Shown here in pieces: positions 35,153-43,569 of a DNA stretch of 64,000 bases. The stretch comes from an uncultured Gammaproteobacteria bacterium (GTDB lineage: Bacteria; Patescibacteriota; Microgenomatia; Levybacterales; GWA1-39-11). The notes under the pieces were generated by a model. The model saw only the letters and a list, made by a program, of their open reading frames with translations, made no database searches and had not been told where the DNA came from. The position numbers and the translations under genes were made by a program. The DNA lies in contig CAZVGS010000002.1 of the NCBI GenBank assembly GCA_964627245.1, positions 90,923 through 154,922 on the forward strand, read 5' to 3'. The stretch's first letter is position 1, and every line of letters begins with the position of its first letter.

Positions 35153-36868
35153 CTACTTTTTCTCAACATTAAAGAACGCGAATCCGCTTTGAGGTATAGA
35201 AAGGTAGCCAGGAGCCCTTAAATTAAAAGCTTTTTTGAACTCATCACCGCTGAAAGAAATGCCATTAACTGTAACATTTGTAGTTGATCCATTATTGCTT
35301 TGTGAAACCGAAACGCTTGACGCCTGAGATATTCCGCCGTTTGATGATACAAGGTTTCTTAATTCATCTCTGCTGTATGGGTTTCCTCCCCAGCATTCTG
35401 TTGTCGTGGGAGTTATACGTCCGGTATCGATGCCATCGGTTCTTAGGGCAATTGCCGCATTAACAATATCTGCCATTTCCTCAGGGGAAAGCCACGGATT
35501 TGATCTGCCGCATTTATTTGATGATGGGCTATAACCTTGTGTGTACCAAGCCTTGTACAGCCAAGGGGAACCGCCAATTTTATCATACGCATTATCAATA
35601 AAATTACCCCCCCCACTGCCATTTGTGGTATCCCAGCCGATAGGACTTGCATAGCCTCCATGGGTTGAAGCATAGTAAGTTACTACATCTTCCAAGACTT
35701 GTCCGCGGGTTTGTTCAACTGCTTGTTTCCACGCATCAGGTGGGTTGTCTGCTTTGCCCGAGTTAAAAACCTGACAAGCTTCAGTTGTACAGATCTCCTT
35801 GTTTTCAGCCTTATATCTATATGCATATGTTCTTGCAGCGACTGCTTGTGCTTTTAATGCTTCCGGATGCCAAGACGACGGCATTTCAGCGATACCAAGC
35901 AGATATCTTCCCTCAAAATCTATTTCGCCATGACCCGCTACGCGTATGTTGCCATTGGTATCTTTATTAACAGGCTCCTTCCCATAATAAGCATTTAAGA
36001 TCTGTCTGTAGTTTTGTCCGTTTTGCGCTCTTCCGCGGGCACCATATTGGCTCATGCCTTTTCTGTGGGTATGAGCGCCAAATGAAAACACGGCGAAATA
36101 ACCGGAAGGCGCAGATTCACGAAATCCATTTATTGACGCGTTATAATCATCAGCTAAATTACTATCCCCAATCGTAGCCGTAAATCCTCCAGATCTTGCA
36201 TTAATAATCTCTGTCTGGCGCGCTGTAAGAGTTGCAATTTGTCCTGAAAGGTCTGCTTGGTATGCTTTTGCTCCATCAACGACTTTTTGCACTTCAGACC
36301 TTTGAGTGCCAAGTGTCTTCATTGCAGAAGCAAGTCTTTTTTGTTCGTTTTCTAGTCTGGTTTTTTTTCCTTCAAGGTCTACTATTTGAAGGGCAATGTT
36401 TGTAATGGTTTCTTTATCTCTTTTGGTGTATCTTTCGTGATATGTTAAAAGCTTGGTTACATCACCTGCATCTTCGCCCGACAAAAATATGATAAGGGGT
36501 GTAAAACCGTAGCTGTTAATATAGCTATTCCTTACAGTGAAATTGAATATTTCCTGATTCTCGGATAAATTTTCATATCCTTTCTCAATTTCAATTTTTC
36601 TCTTGGCAATATCCGATTCTATAAGTCCAACTTGAAAATCTATATTATCAAGTTGTTTTTTTAGATTTGTCAGCTGGCCTTCTAAGGGTTTTGTAGCGTT
36701 TTGGGATGAGGTTAAGGCACTTTGAAGTTCTTGTATTTGCTTGTTAAGATCGTCCAATTCGTCAGAATAAGCGCTTTTATAAAAGAAGTTGCCGCTAAAT
36801 AGAAATGTTAGCAAAAATAAAATAATTAGTAATTTTTTGGCTCCGGATTTTTTGTAAAGAAATTTCAT
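35153..36868 (-). CDS. secreted SpoIID/LytB-domain protein with N-terminal coiled-coil region
   Basis: 571 aa; signal or anchor sequence; long coiled-coil; C-terminal SpoIID/LytB signature (GAHTHRKGMSQYGARGRAQNGQNYRQILNAYYG). Confidence 0.65.
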   Translation of the reverse strand: MKFLYKKSGAKKLLIILFLLTFLFSGNFFYKSAYSDELDDLNKQIQELQSALTSSQNATKPLEGQLTNLKKQLDNIDFQVGLIESDIAKRKIEIEKGYENLSENQEIFNFTVRNSYINSYGFTPLIIFLSGEDAGDVTKLLTYHERYTKRDKETITNIALQIVDLEGKKTRLENEQKRLASAMKTLGTQRSEVQKVVDGAKAYQADLSGQIATLTARQTEIINARSGGFTATIGDSNLADDYNASINGFRESAPSGYFAVFSFGAHTHRKGMSQYGARGRAQNGQNYRQILNAYYGKEPVNKDTNGNIRVAGHGEIDFEGRYLLGIAEMPSSWHPEALKAQAVAARTYAYRYKAENKEICTTEACQVFNSGKADNPPDAWKQAVEQTRGQVLEDVVTYYASTHGGYASPIGWDTTNGSGGGNFIDNAYDKIGGSPWLYKAWYTQGYSPSSNKCGRSNPWLSPEEMADIVNAAIALRTDGIDTGRITPTTTECWGGNPYSRDELRNLVSSNGGISQASSVSVSQSNNGSTTNVTVNGISFSGDEFKKAFNLRAPGYLSIPQSGFAFFNVEKK

Positions 36869-36930
36869 GTTTGAAAGTTAGGTTCAATTATGTCAATGCT
36901 AATGTTATAATAAGTTCTTGATCGACAAGT

Positions 36931-37002
36931 GGGCATGTAGCTCAGGGGTAGAGCGCTACTCTTATAAAGTAGATGTCCTTGGTTCAATTCCAAGCATGCC
37001 CA
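36931..37002 (+). tRNA. tRNA-Ile (anticodon UAU)
   Basis: cloverleaf: acceptor GGGCATG/CATGCCC, D-arm GCTC-AGGGGTA-GAGC, anticodon stem CTACT/AGTAG with loop CTTATAA (anticodon TAT), T-arm CTTGG-TTCAATT-CCAAG, discriminator A; no encoded CCA. Confidence 0.7.
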
Positions 37003-37023
37003 CTCATTATAGCTTTTTCCCCT

Positions 37024-39462
37024 CTACAAATTGCCGCCTACTCCGCCGTCTTTCCCAGGTAATTTATCTTGCGGATTTACCTTATCCAAAACCTCAAAGA
37101 GCCTGGATCTTTTTGCGATTTCCTGATCTACAATGTCTCTCTGTCTTCCGTATTTGAGTCTTGAGAGTTCGCGTATCAATTCTGCAACACGCGGATTTTG
37201 AAGCTTTTTATCTTCTTCAATATTTCTCGTCAAATCCAGTGAGAAAGGAGTTGTGGGATCACCGCCGACTAAAGTTTTGACATAAGCGTGATATCTTTCA
37301 ACATTGATAAGATCCCCTTCGTTGAATGTCGGCTGAAATTCGTGCTGCAGATATCCGGCGTCGGTAACCCCTACCCTAAAAGAACAAATAGTTCCGACAT
37401 TTCCAAAAATAGCGTTTTTAACGTCTTCATCAATTTGCCCAATAAATTGATTTGCTACGGTTAAATTGAGTCTGTATTTCCTTGCCTCGGAAAGTATCTG
37501 TGCAAAATCGGGAGTCGCAAAATTCTGGAACTCATCAACATATAGGAAAAAGTCCTTTCTCTGGTCTTGGGGCATATCTTGCCTTGACATAGCGGCAACC
37601 AACAATTTAGGCACGAGTATAAGTCCAAGAAAGCTGGAATTTTCCTCACCGATCCGGCCTTTGTTAAGAGAAATCAAAAGAATTTTTTGATCGTCCATAA
37701 CTTGCCTGAAATTAAATGCACTTTCTGACTGTCCTATTATATTTCTCATCATTTTATTAGTGACAAATCTTCCGAATTTACTGACTATATAATCCAAAGT
37801 TTCTGACTTATGAAAGTCTGACGTCTGTGCTATCTGATCCGTCCAGTAGCGTCTCACCATTGGGTCATCAACTTTTGGCAGCAACTCCTGAACAAAAGAC
37901 ATATCGGTAAGCGCTCTTACAACCTCAACAAATGTATTACCCTTTTCAGACATAACTGTCAGCATTGCATTTCTAACCGAATGTTCAAAGCGAGGCCCGA
38001 TGATACCTGTTTTTTGAGGATCGTAGAGCTTATACATAAGGTTAATAATTGATGAAGTAACAAAGTGTTTTTGATCTTCAGTGTCCGCTTCAAGCATGTT
38101 AAGCCCCATCGGCCGCTCTGTATCCGACGGGTCAAATAGAATTACATCTTCTGCTCTTTGAGGCGGAATTAGTGTCAATATGTCATCAATCAAATCACCA
38201 TGAGGATCAATAACAGCAACGCCTTGGCCGGATCTTATATCCTGCATTATCATATCTTTCAAAAATTCGGATTTTCCAACTCCAGTTTTACCGATGATAT
38301 ACATATGCCTGCGTCTATCATCATCGCCTATGAATACTGATTTTTCCTGACCACGGAACAGACTTTTCCCAATGTATAATCCTTCCGTTGGAATGTTAGC
38401 CGGTGCAGGCGCGGTGCGTGCTGCAAGCCAATTTATATAAGGACTTTCAACGCTTTTATTGGGAAAGTGAAAAATAGTGGCTAATTCTTCCGTTGTCAGA
38501 ACCGTTCCCTTTGTAAAAAGAGGCAAGTGGCGGTAAATAAAATCTACCATAAGCATGCTTTTGAAAAACTTCGGTTCTTCCTTAGTAAATGAATTGTAGG
38601 GTGAAGAAAATTGAGTAAATGAATTTTCAATATTTGAAAGATGGGCATCTGCCGCTTCTTTAGAAGACGAGCTTACAACAACTCTTATGTGGGTCGTAAA
38701 ACCAGGTTTTGAAATTTTCTGCTCTATTGCTTCCAATTCTTTAGGGTCAGTTGAATATTTGGCAGTTTCTGGATTTGATTCCGTTTTTTTACTCTCTGTA
38801 ATATGTGCGCGACCGGCCTTTTTCCATTGATCTCCTGCGTTTGCTATTACAATTTGCAAAGCTGCCGCTTCTCCTTCCTGCATTTTTCCAAGAGTTGATG
38901 TCAGAGTTGATAAGGGATCCAGGGCAAAATCCTTATAGGTTTTTATAGGTTTGAAGCTCTCTTTTTTGAGTGTTAATCCTGCAAATGAAACTTTGCCTTC
39001 ATTTTCAAAGATATTATAGTCGTCAACTTCCTTTATTTGTGCGTCAGGATAAGCGCCGTTGATTTGCTTCTCAACCATATCCTGAAGCTTTTTTGGTACT
39101 CCGACATAAAATCTTATATCCTGCGGTTTTGCAACCACTTCAAAAGTAATGCTGTCCCCAACTTTTGTAAAGGAAAGCATTCCACTAACTGATTTTAATG
39201 ATGCAAAGCTTGAAAACAACTGCTCGGCGGCGTCAATTTTTATTTCGTTGTCCCGGGGAAGAGCTACTTCAAGAAGTGTACTGTCTAGTGATTTTTTGTG
39301 TCTTTTTTTTGCCCTACTCCAAATTCCATAAAAATAAATTGCGCCTATCGTTATTGCAGCAACAAAGCTCAAAAGCAAAATACTTGAAAGAAAGGTTAGC
39401 GCTGTATTTAGTAAAAAAGATGTATCAAACATGATATCCCTCCGAAAAGACTTTCCCTCCAA
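37024..39462 (-). CDS. virD4: type IV secretion coupling protein (VirD4/TraG/TcpA-like T4CP)
   Basis: 812 aa; N-terminal TM helix; Walker A IIGKTGVGKSEF; Walker B FLYVDEFQNFA; overall T4CP/FtsK-like layout; lies 22 nt downstream of tRNA-Ile. Confidence 0.8.
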   Translation of the reverse strand: MEGKSFRRDIMFDTSFLLNTALTFLSSILLLSFVAAITIGAIYFYGIWSRAKKRHKKSLDSTLLEVALPRDNEIKIDAAEQLFSSFASLKSVSGMLSFTKVGDSITFEVVAKPQDIRFYVGVPKKLQDMVEKQINGAYPDAQIKEVDDYNIFENEGKVSFAGLTLKKESFKPIKTYKDFALDPLSTLTSTLGKMQEGEAAALQIVIANAGDQWKKAGRAHITESKKTESNPETAKYSTDPKELEAIEQKISKPGFTTHIRVVVSSSSKEAADAHLSNIENSFTQFSSPYNSFTKEEPKFFKSMLMVDFIYRHLPLFTKGTVLTTEELATIFHFPNKSVESPYINWLAARTAPAPANIPTEGLYIGKSLFRGQEKSVFIGDDDRRRHMYIIGKTGVGKSEFLKDMIMQDIRSGQGVAVIDPHGDLIDDILTLIPPQRAEDVILFDPSDTERPMGLNMLEADTEDQKHFVTSSIINLMYKLYDPQKTGIIGPRFEHSVRNAMLTVMSEKGNTFVEVVRALTDMSFVQELLPKVDDPMVRRYWTDQIAQTSDFHKSETLDYIVSKFGRFVTNKMMRNIIGQSESAFNFRQVMDDQKILLISLNKGRIGEENSSFLGLILVPKLLVAAMSRQDMPQDQRKDFFLYVDEFQNFATPDFAQILSEARKYRLNLTVANQFIGQIDEDVKNAIFGNVGTICSFRVGVTDAGYLQHEFQPTFNEGDLINVERYHAYVKTLVGGDPTTPFSLDLTRNIEEDKKLQNPRVAELIRELSRLKYGRQRDIVDQEIAKRSRLFEVLDKVNPQDKLPGKDGGVGGNL

Positions 39463-39610
39463 CAGTTTCAGCGATTTCCTTCATTTTTTTTAGATCAAAA
39501 CTCTCATGGTGGAGTACCATTTCTTCAAATACCCCAACCGGAATAACATTTTCCGCAGATCTTTCTATCACTAAATTATCCTGCTCCTCAAAAAGCACAC
39601 TCATACACAT
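39425..39610 (-). CDS. small ORF overlapping the start of the coupling protein gene (possible coupled small protein)
   Basis: 61 aa acidic ORF whose 3' end overlaps the T4CP start by 38 nt; no homology recognised. Confidence 0.2.
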   Translation of the reverse strand: MCMSVLFEEQDNLVIERSAENVIPVGVFEEMVLHHESFDLKKMKEIAETVGGKVFSEGYHV

Positions 39611-39785
39611 CTATCATAACATAACATAAGCTATATAGACTCGCCTCAATAGGTTCAAATGCAACATTGAGAGCTTTTTTTTGAGCCTAATTCTGATATA
39701 ATGTTTGGCAAGGTATTTCTTAAAAATCAGAGTTCGTAGACTTTAGGTTTGTTATTTGTAGTTTTAGACTACTACCTACCATAAT

Positions 39786-39876
39786 GGAGGAGTCGCATAG
39801 CTGGTCCATTGCGGGGGATTGCTAATCCCCTGAGCTCTTAAACAAGCTCGCGCAGGTTCAAATCCTGTCTCCTCCG
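39786..39876 (+). tRNA. tRNA-Ser (anticodon GCU)
   Basis: type II tRNA: acceptor GGAGGAG/CTCCTCC, anticodon stem GGGGA/TCCCC with loop TTGCTAA (GCT), long variable arm, T-loop TTCAAAT, discriminator G. Confidence 0.75.
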
Positions 39877-39967
39877 CAACGTAAGAAATTTTCATCCGAA
39901 AATTTCCACGTTGCTGAAACGTTTTAATTTATGAAATTTATTACGTTTTGCCTATGATGCAGTGCCC

Positions 39968-40227
39968 ATGTATTATGTTTATGTTCTTTTAAGTAATAAA
40001 GATAAAAGTTTTTATATTGGTTATACAGCAAATTTAAAAAAGAGATTAGCCGAGCATAATTCTGGTAAGTCGAAAGCAACAAAATAAAAATACCTTATAA
40101 ATTATTGTTTTATAAAGCATTTACTAATAAAAAAGACGCAAAACATAGGGAAGAGTATCTAAAAAGCGGGTGGGGATTTAAAAGCATAAACAAAATGTTA
40201 GTGAATGCACTCGGAGAGGTCGCATAG
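39968..40227 (+). pseudogene. GIY-YIG (UPF0213-type) small nuclease gene disrupted by a frameshift in a poly-A run
   Basis: frame A: MYYVYVLLSNKDKSFYIGYTANLKKRLAEHNSGKSKATK-stop; the next frame continues IPYKLLFYKAFTNKKDAKHREEYLKSGWGFKSINKMLVNAL..., the conserved C-terminal half of this family; break lies in aaaataaaaata near 40080; the 3' end overlaps tRNA-Ser(UGA). Confidence 0.5.
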
Positions 40228-40298
40228 TGGTCTAGTGCAGCGGTCTTGAAAACCGCCAGGTGAAAGCCTCGAGGGTTCGAATCCCTCCCTCTCCGCCA
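40213..40298 (+). tRNA. tRNA-Ser (anticodon UGA), CCA encoded
   Basis: acceptor GGAGAGG/CCTCTCC, anticodon stem GCGGT/ACCGC with loop CTTGAAA (TGA), long variable arm, T-arm GAGGG-TTCGAAT-CCCTC, discriminator G, then CCA. Confidence 0.8.
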
Positions 40299-40342
40299 GC
40301 ATACATATTGAAATAAGATTTGAATGAGCATAAGATAAATAT

Positions 40343-40819
40343 GTGTCTGTCCAAAGAGCATTAATATTTATAATTTGTATTGCGACCCCTCTTTTAATTG
40401 GTTTTCTAGGTAGTTACTTTACGCTTCCCTCCATCCAGAGTTGGTACCAGACTCTTCAAAAGCCGATAATTGCACCTCCTAACTGGATTTTCGGACCTGT
40501 TTGGACAACCCTTTACATTTTTATGGGTACTGCAAGTTATCTAGTATTTCAAAATGGGGTAAAAAAGAAAAATACTTATGCCCTAAAGATCTACGCTCTG
40601 CAATTGTCATTAAATCTTCTATGGTCAATAGTTTTTTTCGGACTGCAATCAATATTAGGAGGTATGGTTGTTATTACCTTATTATGGATAATTATTCTTT
40701 TGACAATAAAAGAGTTTGCTAAATTAAATAAAACTGCTGGATTGCTTTTGTGGCCGTATATTGCCTGGGTATCATTTGCCGGCATCCTGAATTTATTGCT
40801 ACTTATTCTTAACAAGTAG
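40343..40819 (+). CDS. tspO: TspO/MBR family tryptophan-rich sensory protein
   Basis: 158 aa, five TM helices, Trp-rich (WYQTLQKPIIAPPNWIFGPVWTTLY) typical of TspO. Confidence 0.75.
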   Translation: MSVQRALIFIICIATPLLIGFLGSYFTLPSIQSWYQTLQKPIIAPPNWIFGPVWTTLYIFMGTASYLVFQNGVKKKNTYALKIYALQLSLNLLWSIVFFGLQSILGGMVVITLLWIIILLTIKEFAKLNKTAGLLLWPYIAWVSFAGILNLLLLILNK

Positions 40820-40861
40820 CTTGAATTTTTTCTTTGAATTGTCTATTGTATTAGTCCTTCT

Positions 40862-42277
40862 ATGCTTTATGACAAATTAGCAATTCTTGATGTAGAAACA
40901 ACCGGCGCTGTTCCCCCTTATGACAGGATAATCGAAATTGGAATAATAAGAATTGAAAAAGGAGAGATTGTAAAAAAGTTTGAAACTCTTCTCAATCCCG
41001 AAGTAACAATTTCCCCATTCATAGAAAATTTGACAGGAATTGTAAATTCGGATCTAAAAAGTGCGCCTGTATTTTCGGAAATAAAAAGTGATCTGGCGGA
41101 ACTTTTGGAGGGATGTACTTTTGTTGCGCACAATGCCAGGTTTGATTATTCATTCATTAAAAATGAGTATAAAAGGATCGGCATTTTATACAGTGCAAAG
41201 CAATTATGCAGTGTAAAAATGTCACGGCTATTATTTCCGAATTTTTCCCATCACAATTTAGACAGCATTATTGAAAGATTTGAAATAGAATGCAAAAGAC
41301 GGCACCGCGCATTGGACGATGCGTTAGTTGTTTGGGAATTTTTGAAGAAATTAGAAAAATCTATAAATGAGGAAAAATTAAAAAAAGTTTTTGACACAAT
41401 ACTAAAAAAGCCTTCACTCCCTTACCTTCTAAAACATAAAGATGTAAATTTGCTTCCTGAAAAGCCGGGGGTTTATTTATTTTTTGGAAAAAGTGAAATA
41501 CCCTTATATATAGGAAAGAGCGTAAATATAAGGGATAGGGTGCTTTCGCATTTTATTAATGATACGGATTCATCAACCGAGTTGGAAATTTCTCAGCAAG
41601 TGGAAAGGATAGAAACATTTGTTACAGGAGGTGAATTAAGTGCATTGTTACTCGAATCAGAGTTAGTCAAGAAAATGCAGCCTATATATAATAGGAAGCT
41701 TAGATATGCTAGAAAATTAGTTACGCTTCGAAAAAAAGAACGGAAGGATGGATACTACAGCTTGAGTATTTCAAATGGGGAGGAAATAAAAAGTGATGAC
41801 ATAGAAAGCATATTAGGAATATTTAAGAGTGTAAAATCAGCTAAAGAACACTTGTCGCGGATGGTCAATGAAAATTTCTTATGTCAAAAAATGCTAGGAC
41901 TGCAAAATGGTAAAGGGCCTTGTTTCTCTTACCACTTGGAAGTTTGCCGGGGTGCGTGTGTCAATAAAGAAAAACCTGAGATGTTCAACGCCAGATTTGT
42001 TATGGCATTTTCCTCAACAAAATTAAAAGCATGGCCATTTAACGGACCGATATTGATTAATGAGAAAAGTGAAGACATAGAAGAAGCTCTGGTGTTTGAT
42101 AAATGGTGCTATTTAGGAAAATACAGTGAATACAATTCATCTCAAGAAGCATTGGCAATTTCGGATTTTGATGTTTACAAAATTTTGGCGAGCTTCTTAA
42201 AAGACCCAAAGAATTTGAAGAAAGTTACTACTATTTCACAACAGAGTATTTCAAAAGAAGAGTTCCTTTACCATTAA
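40862..42277 (+). CDS. DnaQ-like 3'-5' exonuclease fused to GIY-YIG nuclease domain (Cho/UvrC-homolog-like)
   Basis: 471 aa; N-terminal exonuclease motif I LAILDVETTG and downstream H-x4-D region; central GIY-YIG motif PGVYLFFGKSEIPLYIGKSVNIRDR. Confidence 0.7.
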   Translation: MLYDKLAILDVETTGAVPPYDRIIEIGIIRIEKGEIVKKFETLLNPEVTISPFIENLTGIVNSDLKSAPVFSEIKSDLAELLEGCTFVAHNARFDYSFIKNEYKRIGILYSAKQLCSVKMSRLLFPNFSHHNLDSIIERFEIECKRRHRALDDALVVWEFLKKLEKSINEEKLKKVFDTILKKPSLPYLLKHKDVNLLPEKPGVYLFFGKSEIPLYIGKSVNIRDRVLSHFINDTDSSTELEISQQVERIETFVTGGELSALLLESELVKKMQPIYNRKLRYARKLVTLRKKERKDGYYSLSISNGEEIKSDDIESILGIFKSVKSAKEHLSRMVNENFLCQKMLGLQNGKGPCFSYHLEVCRGACVNKEKPEMFNARFVMAFSSTKLKAWPFNGPILINEKSEDIEEALVFDKWCYLGKYSEYNSSQEALAISDFDVYKILASFLKDPKNLKKVTTISQQSISKEEFLYH

Positions 42278-42767
42278 GTTTGTCCACAGATAAAAGTTTT
42301 AGACTTACATCAATTTCTTCTTCTCCAACTATTCCGTTTCCAAGACCGAGAATTTTTGGCTCTAAAGTCTGCCAAACATCCGTTATAAGTTTTTCCCTAA
42401 AAAAGCCGGTTGCCGTGTGTGCACCTCCTACAAAAAGCGCTTCTTTATAACCCACTTTTTTTAGACGGCGGACAAGTGTCTTAACCGGTTCATTTGTGAA
42501 TTCCAACTGGCCATCGATTTTTTCTTTGTTATATTTATTTGGAGTTCTGGTAATTACAATTCTTAATTTTCCTTTTTTGTGAACCATTTGATTTTTTGCG
42601 CCTTCGTAAGTCGTCGAGCCCATTATGATAAGAGATGCTTCATCTCTTTTCTTTGTAAATATTTCAGCGTCTTCATCAGACCGCCATTCATGATGACTCT
42701 CAAGTCCTGTACTTTTTTGTGTCGTCCTCCCATCCAAAGATGTAACAATCATATAAATAATTTTCAT
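42231..42767 (-). CDS. RibD C-terminal domain / dihydrofolate reductase-like family protein
   Basis: 178 aa; MKIIYMIVTSLDGRTT... and overall pattern of the bacterial bifunctional deaminase-reductase C-terminal family. Confidence 0.55.
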   Translation of the reverse strand: MKIIYMIVTSLDGRTTQKSTGLESHHEWRSDEDAEIFTKKRDEASLIIMGSTTYEGAKNQMVHKKGKLRIVITRTPNKYNKEKIDGQLEFTNEPVKTLVRRLKKVGYKEALFVGGAHTATGFFREKLITDVWQTLEPKILGLGNGIVGEEEIDVSLKLLSVDKLNGKGTLLLKYSVVK

Positions 42768-42782
42768 AAGAGAATTGTAGCA

Positions 42783-43517
42783 TTACTTTTTTGCAACTAT
42801 TATATAGTTTGATTCGCCGAAAAACTTCAGGGATAGATTATCTAGAAAAGTAGCTATATCCGAAAGTACCCGTGAGTAATTAAGAAATCTTACAAATTTT
42901 CCTGCATACGGATTTACAAAAAGAAAATTTCTAAATATGCCTTCTGTTTTTTTTGTTTCTAAAATTCGGAACCCTGCATCTTTTATCAGCTTTCTAAGAA
43001 GACGAAGATTATATCTGCGGAGATGACCAACTTCTTTATCAAATTTTCTTGTAGCACCCAACTTATGCAGTGGAGCATTTACTGAAGGAGTAGATAATAT
43101 TAGTATTCCCCCATTTTTAAGCAGACTATTTATCTTTCTTAGGGCAAGTTTATCACTTGGTAAGTGTTCAATTACTTCGGTGAATATTACTGCGTCGAAT
43201 TTTTTTGTACTGTTGAATTTTGGAAATTCGGATTGTACAAAATCGACATTACTTAGACCCATCATTTTTGCGCTTTCCCTACACTTTCTGATTGCCTTTT
43301 CAGAGATGTCCAAACCCAAAACATAATTTTTTTTAGAAGCCAAATAGAATGAGAGAGATCCTGCCCCACAGCCGATGTCCAGCACCGACACATTTTCCCT
43401 TATATGTTTGTTTAATTTATTTATAAGTAAGCGATATGTAAAATTACTTTCGCTTACAATGCGTGGCTGTTGATGGGTTTTTCGATGATATCTTTCGTGG
43501 ATTCTTTTACTTGACAT
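42783..43517 (-). CDS. class I SAM-dependent methyltransferase
   Basis: 244 aa; motif I VLDIGCGAGSLSF. Confidence 0.65.
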   Translation of the reverse strand: MSSKRIHERYHRKTHQQPRIVSESNFTYRLLINKLNKHIRENVSVLDIGCGAGSLSFYLASKKNYVLGLDISEKAIRKCRESAKMMGLSNVDFVQSEFPKFNSTKKFDAVIFTEVIEHLPSDKLALRKINSLLKNGGILILSTPSVNAPLHKLGATRKFDKEVGHLRRYNLRLLRKLIKDAGFRILETKKTEGIFRNFLFVNPYAGKFVRFLNYSRVLSDIATFLDNLSLKFFGESNYIIVAKK

Positions 43518-43569
43518 ACTTTATTTAGAGTGATTATATATTCTTAGATAACATTTTTCATCATTTAAC

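Noticed and set aside
36918-37157. ORF 36918..37157 (+) as a CDS
   Set aside because: It is the translation of the tRNA-Ile gene plus the antisense strand of the T4CP 3' end.
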